Part shown: piece by piece, positions 23,501 to 34,200 of the stretch
Layout: each line of letters begins with the position of its first letter
How positions within the stretch are numbered: the first letter of the stretch is position 1
Source: Flectonema sp. DT1601
Lineage: Eukaryota
Length of the DNA stretch: 64,000 bases
Direction: 5' to 3'
Assembly (NCBI GenBank): GCA_964019425.1
Contig: OZ025794.1
Coordinates: 124,001 to 188,000 of the forward strand
Made by a program: the position numbers and the translations under genes
The notes under the pieces: model-generated
The model's input: only the letters and a program-made list of their open reading frames with translations
The model's database searches: none
What the model was told of the DNA's origin: nothing

Positions 23501-26500
23501 CGAGCATCAGCACCAACAGTTTGATTTGCTTGAGGTGCTTCATTGGTGTCATTATCAGCGCATTGACCGCTGTGAAGATGACCAAACTGATGAGCTTGAG
23601 ATGCTAAGTCTTTTGCGGAAACGTTTAGCTGTTGTTGAACTTTGGTGCTGATCCCTTCAACGTCTTGAGGAATGTTTGTTGTTGACATAGCTCTTCCTCT
23701 TGCTGTGAAAGTTTGCTGAACATTCTCTCCATCTAACATCGCAGACAGAGCTGGTGGTGTTACCTGAGCTCCTCCTGAACCACCACTAGCATGTTTCGTT
23801 ATTGTATGCTGAACCATTATACTTTGATGACAGAGAGGGTTTAAGTATCCCACATCTCTGCATACTTCCAACAGTTTAGATCGTCTTACAGCTGGATCAG
23901 TTTCTAAGAACACTTCAGTATTCTTCTTCGGATTTAAGAGATCTGGTAGTTGAAAATCAACACACAATGAAGCTGATAGAAGTTCTGTACTACTTCTTAT
24001 TGCATCATAGTTGTTGGTTGGATTGAAGAATTCTTGTGCCTCTACTGACAATGAATTCCTGGGAGAGACTCCGTTAAACGGAACTGAAGGAGCGCTGTTG
24101 TATAATTTCCCATTTGGAATACAGCAATAGCTGTCGCATAAATAATGAATTTCGAGTACTAAATTGTGTGCGAATAGGGCGGCGTTTCGAATTACGTCTT
24201 TCAGCTTCTTAAGTAAGGCTTTTGATAGACCTCTCAGTACGACGGTGCATCCTTTTTCAGTATCACCTCCGCAGATGTACATGTGAGGTTTATTTTTGAT
24301 GGGTCGAACCTCAAAAAGGGATACCTGTCCAAGTCGAGGAGCTCCAGAGTCTTTTCTATGACCATCATCACCAATGTCGTCAGCAGCATCTTGTAAATAG
24401 TGAGTTGGAATTCTCGCTAAGTCTTTTACTATTGTTGCTTGTGTCATTCGGTGGATTCTGTTAAGAGATTTCTTTGATATGGCAGTCGCAAGTGCGATCC
24501 CAGCGTTTGATAATGATTCTTGAACCTTTAAATTAACACTTCTCTCAACTAATACAACATCTGGTCTCATTACTTCAACACGATTTCCTAATTGTTCTAG
24601 CCAAGATCCGCTGTTGATAAGTTGACCCACGCTGTTATATTGTTGTTGAGCTCCTTGTAAGGAACTAATATCGGTTACTACTGTTGTTGGTTCAAAGTCA
24701 ATGTGATCACCGACTAGTAGAATTCTTGGGTTTTTAACGTTTTGAGGCATTTTTCTCTTGCAAACGTTTCCAGGAATGACTAGTCCTTTAATGAACTCGC
24801 TATCCCAAGGAGTTCCACCATCCTCTGTCAGAACTTTTATATATCCTCTTATGTCCATCAGATCGTCTCTGTCTTTCCAAACACATGGAAAAACTGTTTT
24901 TGCGATTTTCCAGCTTAGTCTAGATATGACTTTACACCATGTCGGAATATCAATCTTTTCATGAGCGTCATTCCGACGTCTAAACGACTTCAAGTCTGAT
25001 GATAATTTTAATAGTTGTTCGCCTTTGTGTTTCATTTCATGAAGTTGTTTGGAATTTTTAGTGGAACGGACTTCGTATGCGAATGACTCGTCGGATAGTT
25101 GAGTGATGGTTGATCTCGTTAGTAAGATGTCGAAAATTTGATCTGAATCCAGTTCTGTTTTTATAGCAACTTCAATAGAGGATATGGTACTCAGGATGTC
25201 TTCTTTTGGATGCCATCCATTCACTAGGTTGGTATCTCTTAGAATGGATATTATTTTAGGGTAGTTGACGAGGTTATAACCGTCTTTGGTGAGGATTATA
25301 ATTTTATTTTCAATAAAAAAATTAAACACATCCGAAGTAGTGTCGTCATTGCAATGGTATTTCTGTTTAATCCAAGATACTATTTCTGATTCTTGGCAGA
25401 CTTCACAATTCACGAAAAGAGATTCAATTGCGACCTCAGCAAGCTCGACACTCCCTGTGACTGATAATGCTCTCAACAAGGACGGTGATATTTCTTTCAA
25501 CTGATCACAGATTTCTCTCGATTCCTCTATCGTGACGTGATTCTGCTCTGAGACCCAACGAACCACAACATCACTGTCTATCTCATCGTTTGCAAAATTA
25601 CTTTTTATATTTGAGTATAAGTTTGATGCAGGGATCTGAATTCCCAATGTCCCTACAAGAGGAGTTGGACTAGTAGCAGTAAATTGGTTTATTTTAAACC
25701 TGTGATCATCTTTTTTAACCAAAACTTTATAATGTTCAAGTAAGGAGAACAGATCATCCGCATGAGTAGTTGCGTATGTCCCTTTCAACCATGAGACTAT
25801 GAGAGGTTTTTGAGCGACGATGTCGAAGTTTTGAATTAATGCTCTCTCAGCTTCTGATACTGATGGAATATCTCCTAAGGATGGATGGATGTCGTAGAGT
25901 TGGGAAGTTCCTTCTCCACTTGGTCCATCAACTTTTGTTATCGCATTCATTTTTTCAAGCAACCCAACAACATCATCCTCCTCTGTTGATAAGTGCATAC
26001 TACTCGAACTCCATGCCGTGATATCTGAATGCCTTGCTGTATTGGTATTCTTAAATTCCATTAAAAATTTATTTCTCAAATCCGGATTAAAAAGTTGATT
26101 CCTAATATATCTCAAAGTACTATCAGCCACTTGAATCGAAGTCCCATAGGCTTTTTGAATGTGAGCAATTGCCTGTGGGATTGTAAGGATCCCACAGTAT
26201 GAATCAATAAAGTTTTTTACATGAAGCCTTGATTGTGTTCCGAACACCTTCGATAAATCAGTGTTTGTGCCTTCAGTTTCTTCAATATATTGGAGAGCAC
26301 AGTCAGCATCATGTCGTAGACACTCAAACTCTCCCATGATCCATGATAGTGCCTTGCTCTTGACATATCTAATTTGTGAAAATTGAGTTGAAAAATGCCT
26401 TCGAAAACCTTCTAAATTGTCACCAAACAGCTTGCTTAGCCCAACAGACATCTGAGACGTTTCTATGTAGTGAAGAGCAGCTTCTGCTTCATTAGCTTCG

Positions 26501-28722
26501 ACTTTATATTCCTTTTGAATCCAAGAAATAGCAGTCGATCTCCTATAACGAGGTTCATTGAACTGTTGTTTGAACTTTCTTCTAAACGAAAAAACTTCTT
26601 CTTTCGATCCCATTAATTTAATTAACGGGGGTAAATGATTAACACTACTGTACGAAGCTGCTGAATTTATTACGGGAAGGACTGTAACTCTAAACGGGAG
26701 TGTACCATCCTCAGTAATGTTAACTTTTATAGTGTGAGGATCAAAACCTGTACTCTCACTGTCAGCAGGAAATATCGAATATCTCCTGTGTAGTAACTGA
26801 AGAATTTCCGCAGCTATTGCTAACGTGAGAGAATATGTTTTAGAAATCCACAATTGAGCTTCCTGTATTCTCGGAAGGTCAAAGATAGGAGTCGATGGTG
26901 GGTTGTAAAAAACGTTTGAAAACTCTCTTTCGAATTTACGAAGAAATTTATATCTCGTTGAGGTTGATTTCTGAACAAGTTCGTGACCTAATACAGTGTC
27001 TACTAGTGAAGAAGGATTATTGTCAACTCGAGAACGAACAGCTGCGACCACAGCAACCGACAGATCATTTTTATTAACCGAATCCTCACCAATAAGCGCA
27101 CCCGCCACTAATGCTGCTGCAGTTTCCGCATAACTAGTACAGTCTTCAGGTGCCGATTTGTAAGTCACAACAGTAGCATTATGTGTTGGGGTACTATCCT
27201 TGAAGAGAGGTGGTGGCTTGGATGCCACACCACCTGAATGCAAGTTCACTTGTGGTGCCTTAGCTGGAGTTGCTGTCTTTGCCCATAAAGCTCTGCTTAT
27301 AATTGGTTGAATGATACTAAATAGAGAAACAACATCAGAGTCTTGTGGTTGCTGACCACCAACTGGATCAGTAGCCGATTCAACAAGGTTTGCTAATAGT
27401 TTTACAATAAGATTTTTTAAATGAACGTGAGCAGCAGATTGTAGTGACTTCCAAGCATTTCGGTCATTCATAAATCGATCAGGCTTTGTTTGTCTTGATG
27501 TGTCAGACTTTCCTGTTTCACTGCTGTCAGTGTCAGAGTGAGAAATACTTGAAAGTGATTCAGTTTCTTCATCACAAGCATCATAGTAAGAATCATCCAA
27601 ACGAGGTTTCTCTGATATATTTCTCACATTAATTATATGTCCTTTGGAGTCTGAATAACATTCTCGTTGGGTCTTTCGATTCTTTCCGTTGGTAGAACTC
27701 TTATTTAGTTGTTTAATTTTTTCTTCTGTCAATTGCGATGCTGCTGCCCTCCATGCTGATCCTGGTAGTTGAAGAGGAGGTTCACTTGTTAAATAACTAT
27801 TAGTCGCATCTTCAACTGAAATATTTAGAATTGATTCTCCTTCTGTCGGCATTGTCGCTATTATTTCACTTGCCGTTGCGGCATTTGTTCCAGCCATTGA
27901 ACCGTTGTCTAGGTCGTTTGAGTTAATTTCCCAATTCATAAAACCTTCTTTTGGAATGATACCAGCATTCTGTTTCTGTCTTGGGCTTTCTGAAATGGGC
28001 AACCACTGCAATTGATCATTTCTACGTTGAGGTGTTGCACCCATGGGTGGGATTAAGTTTTTTGTTTGCTGTAGTAATCTGGTTCTAACTGAAACATCTG
28101 AGGAGGTCCTTCCTCTGGTATTGGCAAGCATTGAAGCTTGTCTGGCTATGCCTTGAGCCTTTGATGATAATGAGCTGACATTGTTGTGTTGTTGACGAGT
28201 TTGGTTTTTATCGTATTCTTGCCAGACGAGATTGCAACAGATACATAAACGAACTTCAGATTCGTCTGAAAACCCAATTCGATCTCCAGGTATGAAATTC
28301 GATGAACATTTTGAACAAAATATCTGCCCACAAACTCTACAATGATGTTTTCTCACTAATACCCCAAACCCCATACGACATTCATAGCATTGCTTTGCCA
28401 TTTTATCAGCCACCCACCATTCTTTCATTTTAGAACGTTGACTTTTTCTTCTCCTCTCTTTATCGAGTGGAAGCTTTATACTTCTCTTTTGATCATTAGC
28501 TGTACCAGTTGTATTATTAGTGCTACCAGATGGTGAAGATCCATCTTCAACGTCGGGAGCGTGTTTCGAGACTACGACTTCGGGGGTTTGCTCTAAGAAG
28601 TCATCATCGGCCTTGCATGTTGTAACAATGTAGTCAGTTGATTTATCTTTTTTTCCAAAGAACCATGATGTTGATTCCGAAGGAGGCTCTCTTAAGAACG
28701 TCGTGAGAGCAGGCCCCTTCAT
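20590..28722 (-). CDS. FAB1: 1-phosphatidylinositol-3-phosphate 5-kinase (Fab1/PIKfyve), intronless, 2710 aa
   Basis: FYVE (WVAD...RKHHCRVCGQIFC...VRLC), TCP1-like domain (NPRILLV, GCTVVLRG), CCR (MWSYCKKC...SFGKFLE...CGHSLHRD), PIPK domain (GGRTGASY, FDLKGSRRNR, IMDYSMLLG, GIIDY). Confidence 0.95.
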   Translation of the reverse strand: MKGPALTTFLREPPSESTSWFFGKKDKSTDYIVTTCKADDDFLEQTPEVVVSKHAPDVEDGSSPSGSTNNTTGTANDQKRSIKLPLDKERRRKSQRSKMKEWWVADKMAKQCYECRMGFGVLVRKHHCRVCGQIFCSKCSSNFIPGDRIGFSDESEVRLCICCNLVWQEYDKNQTRQQHNNVSSLSSKAQGIARQASMLANTRGRTSSDVSVRTRLLQQTKNLIPPMGATPQRRNDQLQWLPISESPRQKQNAGIIPKEGFMNWEINSNDLDNGSMAGTNAATASEIIATMPTEGESILNISVEDATNSYLTSEPPLQLPGSAWRAAASQLTEEKIKQLNKSSTNGKNRKTQRECYSDSKGHIINVRNISEKPRLDDSYYDACDEETESLSSISHSDTDSSETGKSDTSRQTKPDRFMNDRNAWKSLQSAAHVHLKNLIVKLLANLVESATDPVGGQQPQDSDVVSLFSIIQPIISRALWAKTATPAKAPQVNLHSGGVASKPPPLFKDSTPTHNATVVTYKSAPEDCTSYAETAAALVAGALIGEDSVNKNDLSVAVVAAVRSRVDNNPSSLVDTVLGHELVQKSTSTRYKFLRKFEREFSNVFYNPPSTPIFDLPRIQEAQLWISKTYSLTLAIAAEILQLLHRRYSIFPADSESTGFDPHTIKVNITEDGTLPFRVTVLPVINSAASYSSVNHLPPLIKLMGSKEEVFSFRRKFKQQFNEPRYRRSTAISWIQKEYKVEANEAEAALHYIETSQMSVGLSKLFGDNLEGFRRHFSTQFSQIRYVKSKALSWIMGEFECLRHDADCALQYIEETEGTNTDLSKVFGTQSRLHVKNFIDSYCGILTIPQAIAHIQKAYGTSIQVADSTLRYIRNQLFNPDLRNKFLMEFKNTNTARHSDITAWSSSSMHLSTEEDDVVGLLEKMNAITKVDGPSGEGTSQLYDIHPSLGDIPSVSEAERALIQNFDIVAQKPLIVSWLKGTYATTHADDLFSLLEHYKVLVKKDDHRFKINQFTATSPTPLVGTLGIQIPASNLYSNIKSNFANDEIDSDVVVRWVSEQNHVTIEESREICDQLKEISPSLLRALSVTGSVELAEVAIESLFVNCEVCQESEIVSWIKQKYHCNDDTTSDVFNFFIENKIIILTKDGYNLVNYPKIISILRDTNLVNGWHPKEDILSTISSIEVAIKTELDSDQIFDILLTRSTITQLSDESFAYEVRSTKNSKQLHEMKHKGEQLLKLSSDLKSFRRRNDAHEKIDIPTWCKVISRLSWKIAKTVFPCVWKDRDDLMDIRGYIKVLTEDGGTPWDSEFIKGLVIPGNVCKRKMPQNVKNPRILLVGDHIDFEPTTVVTDISSLQGAQQQYNSVGQLINSGSWLEQLGNRVEVMRPDVVLVERSVNLKVQESLSNAGIALATAISKKSLNRIHRMTQATIVKDLARIPTHYLQDAADDIGDDGHRKDSGAPRLGQVSLFEVRPIKNKPHMYICGGDTEKGCTVVLRGLSKALLKKLKDVIRNAALFAHNLVLEIHYLCDSYCCIPNGKLYNSAPSVPFNGVSPRNSLSVEAQEFFNPTNNYDAIRSSTELLSASLCVDFQLPDLLNPKKNTEVFLETDPAVRRSKLLEVCRDVGYLNPLCHQSIMVQHTITKHASGGSGGAQVTPPALSAMLDGENVQQTFTARGRAMSTTNIPQDVEGISTKVQQQLNVSAKDLASQAHQFGHLHSGQCADNDTNEAPQANQTVGADARDAAMRPPESTLQMPGDAAREFKKLVLEYYKISRNKGSDTPLIFYLAEYFSLASTPGSGLPVRQYSHNKGRLTVIAEQVPDEEFSSDLVLMWSYCKKCESAASPRVECSRHTLSYSFGKFLETSFYNSNVVSRRCGHSLHRDMVRCFGQSVYLPSGKNVNVQVKFDYSPVEIYTLEFPELEIKYDTTVFNNFIDSEYRDLIESITQGYTAVREGLDELESQIPIYQDEVSVLRTRMSKESLAIAEVANKLRFGSSLSALTVMELNSMRKSLHSSLMGWRRTLQEKHTTFMQIPLSGSTSTSQGVIPTTATDASMNASGGFSPDANTSSATLLSLSASQPQLTNQKKKPWMRLIRKDGHDRSATLSNDLPFEALDSPTNVNSGTTQGFLSSPMAPHASGTLTPPQESPFILENEVLTYSQSTFGRIHSPQNSLDFDKLQHSGSIPVGRKVSQPHQSSGSLPLNSKSSGKLSTPMLNSIGNTSKNSLLNLAAGVDGLTVIVRLDEPTSVISYTLCSDQYKKACQPPTPPGSTRMPRASQSGFAAPVLGGGYSPPPSPKPQPISRSTTVDYSTDGERPQSPLNSLLASADFSIASPAVHPNDLMATSSRSIDFGTSTSSIPRKESTPIKPLPLGRIHSTSGSGSIESLLEVLGEKMRRVEIKEFEEIHPTDATKTKQQPHLRFACTVLCARQFAALRQYYCDGDESTFIASLSRCIPFSPTGGRTGASYYKTRDGRFVLKAIKQEEVTYFEQTMSKRYFQYVARAIKKKMPSLLIKILGVFKIQVPKTEGHAPNSWLLMENLFYNRKVDRMFDLKGSRRNRFQADQTAVLLDENLLLLLRDGDWLFTKEDSKERLAVGVHNDTLMLKRNQIMDYSMLLGLDDTKKEIYMGIIDYMREYDLKKQVEWVVKSSGIMGGRGQQPTVVDPTKYKERFRAAMNNYFLMLPNKATPWIIKYKKYQMLVDPGSELNFELH

Positions 28723-29037
28723 TTCCCTCCTCTCTCTCCCCCCACCTGCTGTAAAAAAAACAAATTATAATAACAAAGAACTTTCAACCGAATAGTATTT
28801 TTTTTATTTTTTGCATAGGTACCTTTTCCTGGTTGATAAAATAAGAGTTTTCTATTCTAAAAAAAAAAAGGGGAAAAAATGAGAAATAACAACAAGCAAC
28901 GAACCTAATTTGACACTGCTTCTTAAGTAAGAGATGATTTCCCTTCTTTTTTTTTTTTCCTTCCTCTGTTTTTTTTTTTTTTAAATTACAGCTAATAAGA
29001 CCATCATAAAGAAACGACCCCTCATGTTGAGATTTGA

Positions 29038-31209
29038 TCAATCTTTTGTTGACTTGCGACGAACTGGTTCAGCTGCGCTTCCCATTGCAGCGAGTGCGAG
29101 ACGGTCTTCGGCATCGGCAGGCTCTTCAGAACCAAAATCTTGAACGGAATCATCGGCCTCTTCAGTTGCTGGGACGGATGCGGTGTCGTCTCCGTTAGTC
29201 GTCGTGTTTTTATTGTCTTCTGCATCCTCATCAACTTGTTCAGATTGAACATCATCATTTTCATCGTGTTGCTGTTTTTTTAGTTGTGATTGCTGATTTT
29301 GTAGGTACAAAAGTTTATTATTAAACTATTGAGATAATGAAAATCAGGGCATCTGATTTTGCATCTAAAACCGTCGTTTTATTTTACGATAGGAGGCTTC
29401 AAAGGGAAAATTTACACCCCGGCGGCCTACGGGCTCTTCAGGAGTCCATCCTGCATCCTTGGCTGCTTCGGTACACTCTGCTGCTCCACAGGCAGGGTCG
29501 CTCTAATTTCTTGCCCCAATAAATAAAAACAATAATGAGCCCCTGTGAGAGCCTGAGTAATAAAATGTTGAGTATAGCTGCCTACATTCAACTGATACAC
29601 ATCAACCCGGGGACCCAGGTTCGATTCCTGGCAGATGCAATTTTTGGGATTCAATAAACCGTTACGGGAAGGGGAAAAAAAATGCCTGAGCGTACGCAAC
29701 GGGCCTAACCAAAATGCGTGCAATTAAATTCGGTAAAAACTTCACGCGCCCAGGAGTGAAATACTGTACTTTCTGATCTTCACTGCAAGTGTAAACTTTC
29801 CCTAAGAAGCCAGATAGAGTAAAATAAAAACAATATAACAACATAAAACAAACCCTCAATAGCTCTTCAAGTTCCTTCTCCTCTCGAGCGATTACTCGTT
29901 CAGGATTAGCTTCGTCTTCCATTTCTTCAAAAGTTCGTAGATAATCTTTTTCATATTCTTCTTCAGTCTTATCAGTCTCAACAAATCTCTTTACAGCCTT
30001 CTGTGGAAGAGTTGGCATAGTCTGTTCGCGAATCTTACGTGATTCCTCATCGAGAGTAGAGTTGTTAATTCCACGAGCTTTTGGAAGTGGTCGAAGACGC
30101 CAAGATTTTTTTAATTTCATGTACTCCAACAGTACAGATCCATGAGCTCCCATTAGATGCTGGTTTTCATGTGGCGTCTCGTGAGATTCTACAACAAAGT
30201 AATCGTCACCGACTCTCATAATTTTATCTCCATTTGAATACTCTAACAGCCTCGCATTCGACTGTAATTCAGATTTTCCTCTTACTTTTTTCCAACGAAT
30301 AACATTTTGAGGTGTATAAATTGCACCAGGAAGAGCATGACCAGCTCCATGAAGACCCGCTTGAATCGGTTTTCTATCGTCAAAGACTTCTGGATTGCCA
30401 CTCGTCTTAATTCGACGATCAGCTTCAGTACCAGTAAGAGGTAGATGAAGACATTGATAGTTGTGAATTGTCGGCATCGTTGTAAGATACGATAGGTTTT
30501 TTACATCAAATTTATTCTTTCCTCCGTGACTGTTAAGCTTCTGTCCTCCTGGTGCAGAAATAGTTGAGACATTGTGAACCTCTGCTGTGTCTGTTATCGA
30601 TTCTCCAAGCATTTTCTGAATAAGTTCGTCGTTTCCAAAAGCTTCTTGAAGATCGGCAACACGTTCATTTGCTTGTTCGATACGTTCAACGCGGCCTTGC
30701 ATTTCTTCAATTAGGAGATCGATGTCTCGATTGTACATGTTTTGAGATTTGAATTGAAATTCGTGGAACTTATCACCGAAAACATCATCAAAAGTGACGG
30801 GTAAATCGTCCTCTTCGAGTCCAATGAATCCCTTCATATCATCAACATCGTCACTGCTGATCGATTGCTTTCGTCGTTTGACTATCATATCATCGTCATC
30901 GTCATCATCCATTTCAGTATCTGTGATAGTTGTTAATGGAGGAGTTGATTGTGGTAGTTTTATATCGTCTTCGTCGTCATCATCATCATCTTCTACTTGT
31001 TTTCTCTTTAATCGAATCGGTTTTTCTGGATCAGCAGTCTCTTGAGGACTGTCAACGGTTGCTATTCCTTCTTCAATTACTTCCAAAGATTCCAACGGCG
31101 CTACAGCTGCGTCAGCAGCAGTGTCAGGAATATGAACATCTTCTGTTGGGACTTCAATCGACTCAGATACGACAGCAGTAGATGGGGGACTCCCCCCTGA
31201 ACCTTCCAT
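29038..31209 (-). CDS. LEO1: RNA polymerase-associated Paf1 complex subunit Leo1-like; exons 31209-29854, 29292-29038
   Basis: NVIRWKK...QSNARLLEYSNGDKIMRVGDDYF is the Leo1 core; acidic N-terminus; phase-0 GT-AG intron 29293..29853 joins the two ORFs in frame; start MEGS after cacAG. Confidence 0.8.
29377..29829. mobile_element. MITE-like element with 41-bp imperfect terminal inverted repeats inside the Leo1 intron
   Basis: 29377..29417 vs reverse complement of 29789..29829 match at 33/41 without gaps; interior more GC-rich than the flanks; no TSD identified. Confidence 0.6.
29606..29645 (+). pseudogene. tRNA 3'-half fragment (Gly-like acceptor end) followed by a T5 run
   Basis: CCCGG-GGAC-CCAGG-TTCGATT-CCTGG-CAGATGC-A then ATTTTT: perfect T-arm/B box and acceptor 3' strand; no D-arm upstream. 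Confidence 0.65.
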
Positions 31210-34200
31210 CTGTGATTTCTGTTGTGAAATGCGAATTAAGATAACTAATTGCAAGACAGTATTACTGACCACACAGGGAAATAGAGTTGGTATCAAACTG
31301 TAAAAAAAAAAAAAAAAATTAACTAATTTTTTGGTACTCAACATTAAATAAGAATATTATAAATTCTTGACTATGAAAAGATTTTTACAAAACTATTTTT
31401 TGAAACTTCGCTCACATTTTTTTTTTTTTTTTTTTTTCCGAGAGAGTGGGGAGAGAACATATAAATTGTTTGATTTTTGTAAAATACAAACTTGATTGCA
31501 TAATAAACATTTGACATCTGCTTTTTTTTTTTTTTTTTTTTAAAAAGATAAAAGTGAACTTATAGTTTTTAATCAAAGTTTCCTTTTTTTCAAAACGGAA
31601 AAATAGAAAGCAAAAATACCTCTCTTCAACTTTTAGAAGAATATCGCATGAGTGCTATAATAACATAGTATCAGTTTTTTTTTTTTTTTTTTTTTCCCCT
31701 TGGAGTGTGAATTCACAAAACAAAAATTATTATCAGCGAGGGAAGGAGAAAAAAAATGATAAAATACGAAACTGCACTATATCAAAAAAAAAAAAAAAAA
31801 AAGAAAGAAAATTACTACAAAAACAGAAAAAGGAATTTCGTAGGTGACAAAACCGGACTACGATATAAAAAAAAAAAAAGCAAACATATCCAGAGGTTCT
31901 GTTGGAGATTGAAGGCCATAGCACAACAATAACATTATACTCTACAGTTTCTTTTTTATTTAAAAAAAAAAAAAATAATCAAAAAATAAAACTCGCCAGA
32001 TCATCATTGAAGAATCTCTAAAGAGAAATGCAGTTGCTAAGAATTATGATAAATTAGATTTATTTATTTATTTTTTCAAGAAGGTTGTAGACCATTCTGA
32101 CGTCAACAAACGACTCGTTGAAAAAAAAAATAAATAATTAATTAATTAACAAAACATGAATCAAAGCCTGGTAGTATTCCTCTCTTTTATTTATTTTTTT
32201 TTTGATTTTTTTTTTTTTTTTGGGGGGGAGGAATCCTCTAATTCCGTAACACCTACCCGATTCGACTTCGACACAAAGTTTGAAAAAAAAAAACAGCCAG
32301 TTGTCAGCGACCGACTATAAGTGGAGCATGTTCGAGGGTTTTACACTTCTCCTTCGGAGACTCATTTGGTACCTTCTCTAAACACACCTCTACACACAGA
32401 GTTTGTGCGAAAATAGAGGTTTTCCCTTTTTTTTTTTGTTTTGCCTTTTTAATTTGAATTGATTTTTCAAAAAAAAAAAAAAAAAAAGAAGAAGAAAAAA
32501 AAAACAGCTGCATCAGCTCACAGTTGATCTGCGTGTGTATGATGAGTTGCAAAACAACACAATACCATACATACAATAATGACGTTGGAATGATAGAAGA
32601 AAATGGTTGAAGGGAAAAGAATACATGAAAACAACTAACCAAGCACTCGAAAAAAAAAAAAAGGAAGAGGAGAAGAAATAAGTAAAAAAAGAAAAAAAAG
32701 ATTACTAATTACATAAAAAAAACAACTTACAAAAAAAGAAAAAGGAAATTCTCCTCTGAATATCAGCCCTGACTCTGTTTTTTATTTTATTTTTTTTTTT
32801 TTTTTTCGGTTTCAGCTCAGCCTTTGTGACTCAGCCGATGCACATAACCAAAAAAAGCAGCACCTTCTATCGTGGCTTATGAAGTTACATATACATAATT
32901 AGCTTACATTGTCACAAAGTGAGTTTTTTTTTTGTTTCTGTCTCTGCAATAAAGGTAAAGAAAGAGAGATAGGAAGCGAGAGAGCAAGCTATAAAATAAC
33001 AGAATAACTTAAAGATAATAATAATAATAATAATACTGGTAATTATTATAATTATAATACTAAAAAACTTCAGTTGGTTATTTATCGAAGTCGGGGGAAA
33101 TAACATTTTGATGTACCCGAATAAAATCAACTAAGGCGATGTTAATAACAATTTCTTTTATTTGGATGTTTTTCAAAGAAGTGAAGAAGACATGCCAAAA
33201 TAGGAGATATTTATAACCTCAATGCAAACCCACTTTATTGAGAAACAGAAGCTAAGAAAGAAAAAGCCCGAGTCCAGATAGATAATCCTACACACAGAGA
33301 ATCAATTTGATTCACAGTAGCTGTACTCCTTGGCCTTTAGTTTTTTTTTTTTTTTTTTTGTACCGACGTAGTCGGAGAAGAAACCAGATTGAAACCTTAA
33401 TCTGAATGGTTTTTTTTCCCTTAATCATCTCACCAAACGAAACTATAAAAGGTTAATACATACTACACTACAAGGGAGAGGGAATTAAGAGAAGGATGAC
33501 AAAGACTTTTTTTAAAATAAAATTCACGACAGTGGGGGGGTTGATTATCTACTGTTGGTGCGTTGGTCACATCGATCTCTTATTAGAATCACGATGCGTG
33601 GCAACATAGGAAAGAATAACACTGCTAATTTCAATAAAAAAACTAATACTACGAAAAGTAGTAAGTGCGACTTGAGTTCGATGTGTTTTGAAAACACACC
33701 AAGTAGTGTATTGCGATCCTTTTTTTATGAAAACAGCTGAACAAAAGTATTAATCAAGGCCACGAAAAATATACTTTACCTTAAACACCACCTGGCTTCA
33801 AGCACCAGTAACAGTGGTATTTAATAAAACAAAGAGCTCAAGACTAGATAAATAGCCTTTAGCGAAAAGGAGTGAAAAAAAAAGAAAGAAAAAAAAAAAA
33901 AAAAAAAAAAGGAGCACAATTTTTTCAAGCACAAAGTTTTTCAAAAAAACCGCCAACTCTTCTTCCCAGATACACCCCTTCGTATCGTATTAATCTCCCC
34001 TCTTGCGAAGATTTTTCTTCTAAGGTTTTTTCTTAAGAACTTTTTTTTTTTCTAGAGCAATAGAAGGGACTGAACTTACACAGAAGACAGGCTTGTGAAG
34101 TTAGTGTGAGGATTACTGGAAGTGAATGTCTCAACGGCGTGTTCAAAGAAGCACATCAAACCTCAATTCTGAAGATTTGGATCGCTGACACATTCACAAA

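Noticed and set aside
29427..29723. 98-aa ORF and the C-terminal run-on of the Leo1 ORF
   Set aside because: Both lie inside the 29293..29853 intron; no transposase or other motif
1016..29853. Stop-codon reassignment or frameshifting to explain broken ORFs
   Set aside because: Every break is resolved by an in-phase GT-AG intron, and long ORFs read cleanly in the standard code
31920..31962. ctacagtttct...tttatt resembling a euglenozoan spliced leader
   Set aside because: Short partial match lacking the GTACT core and downstream donor; likely chance
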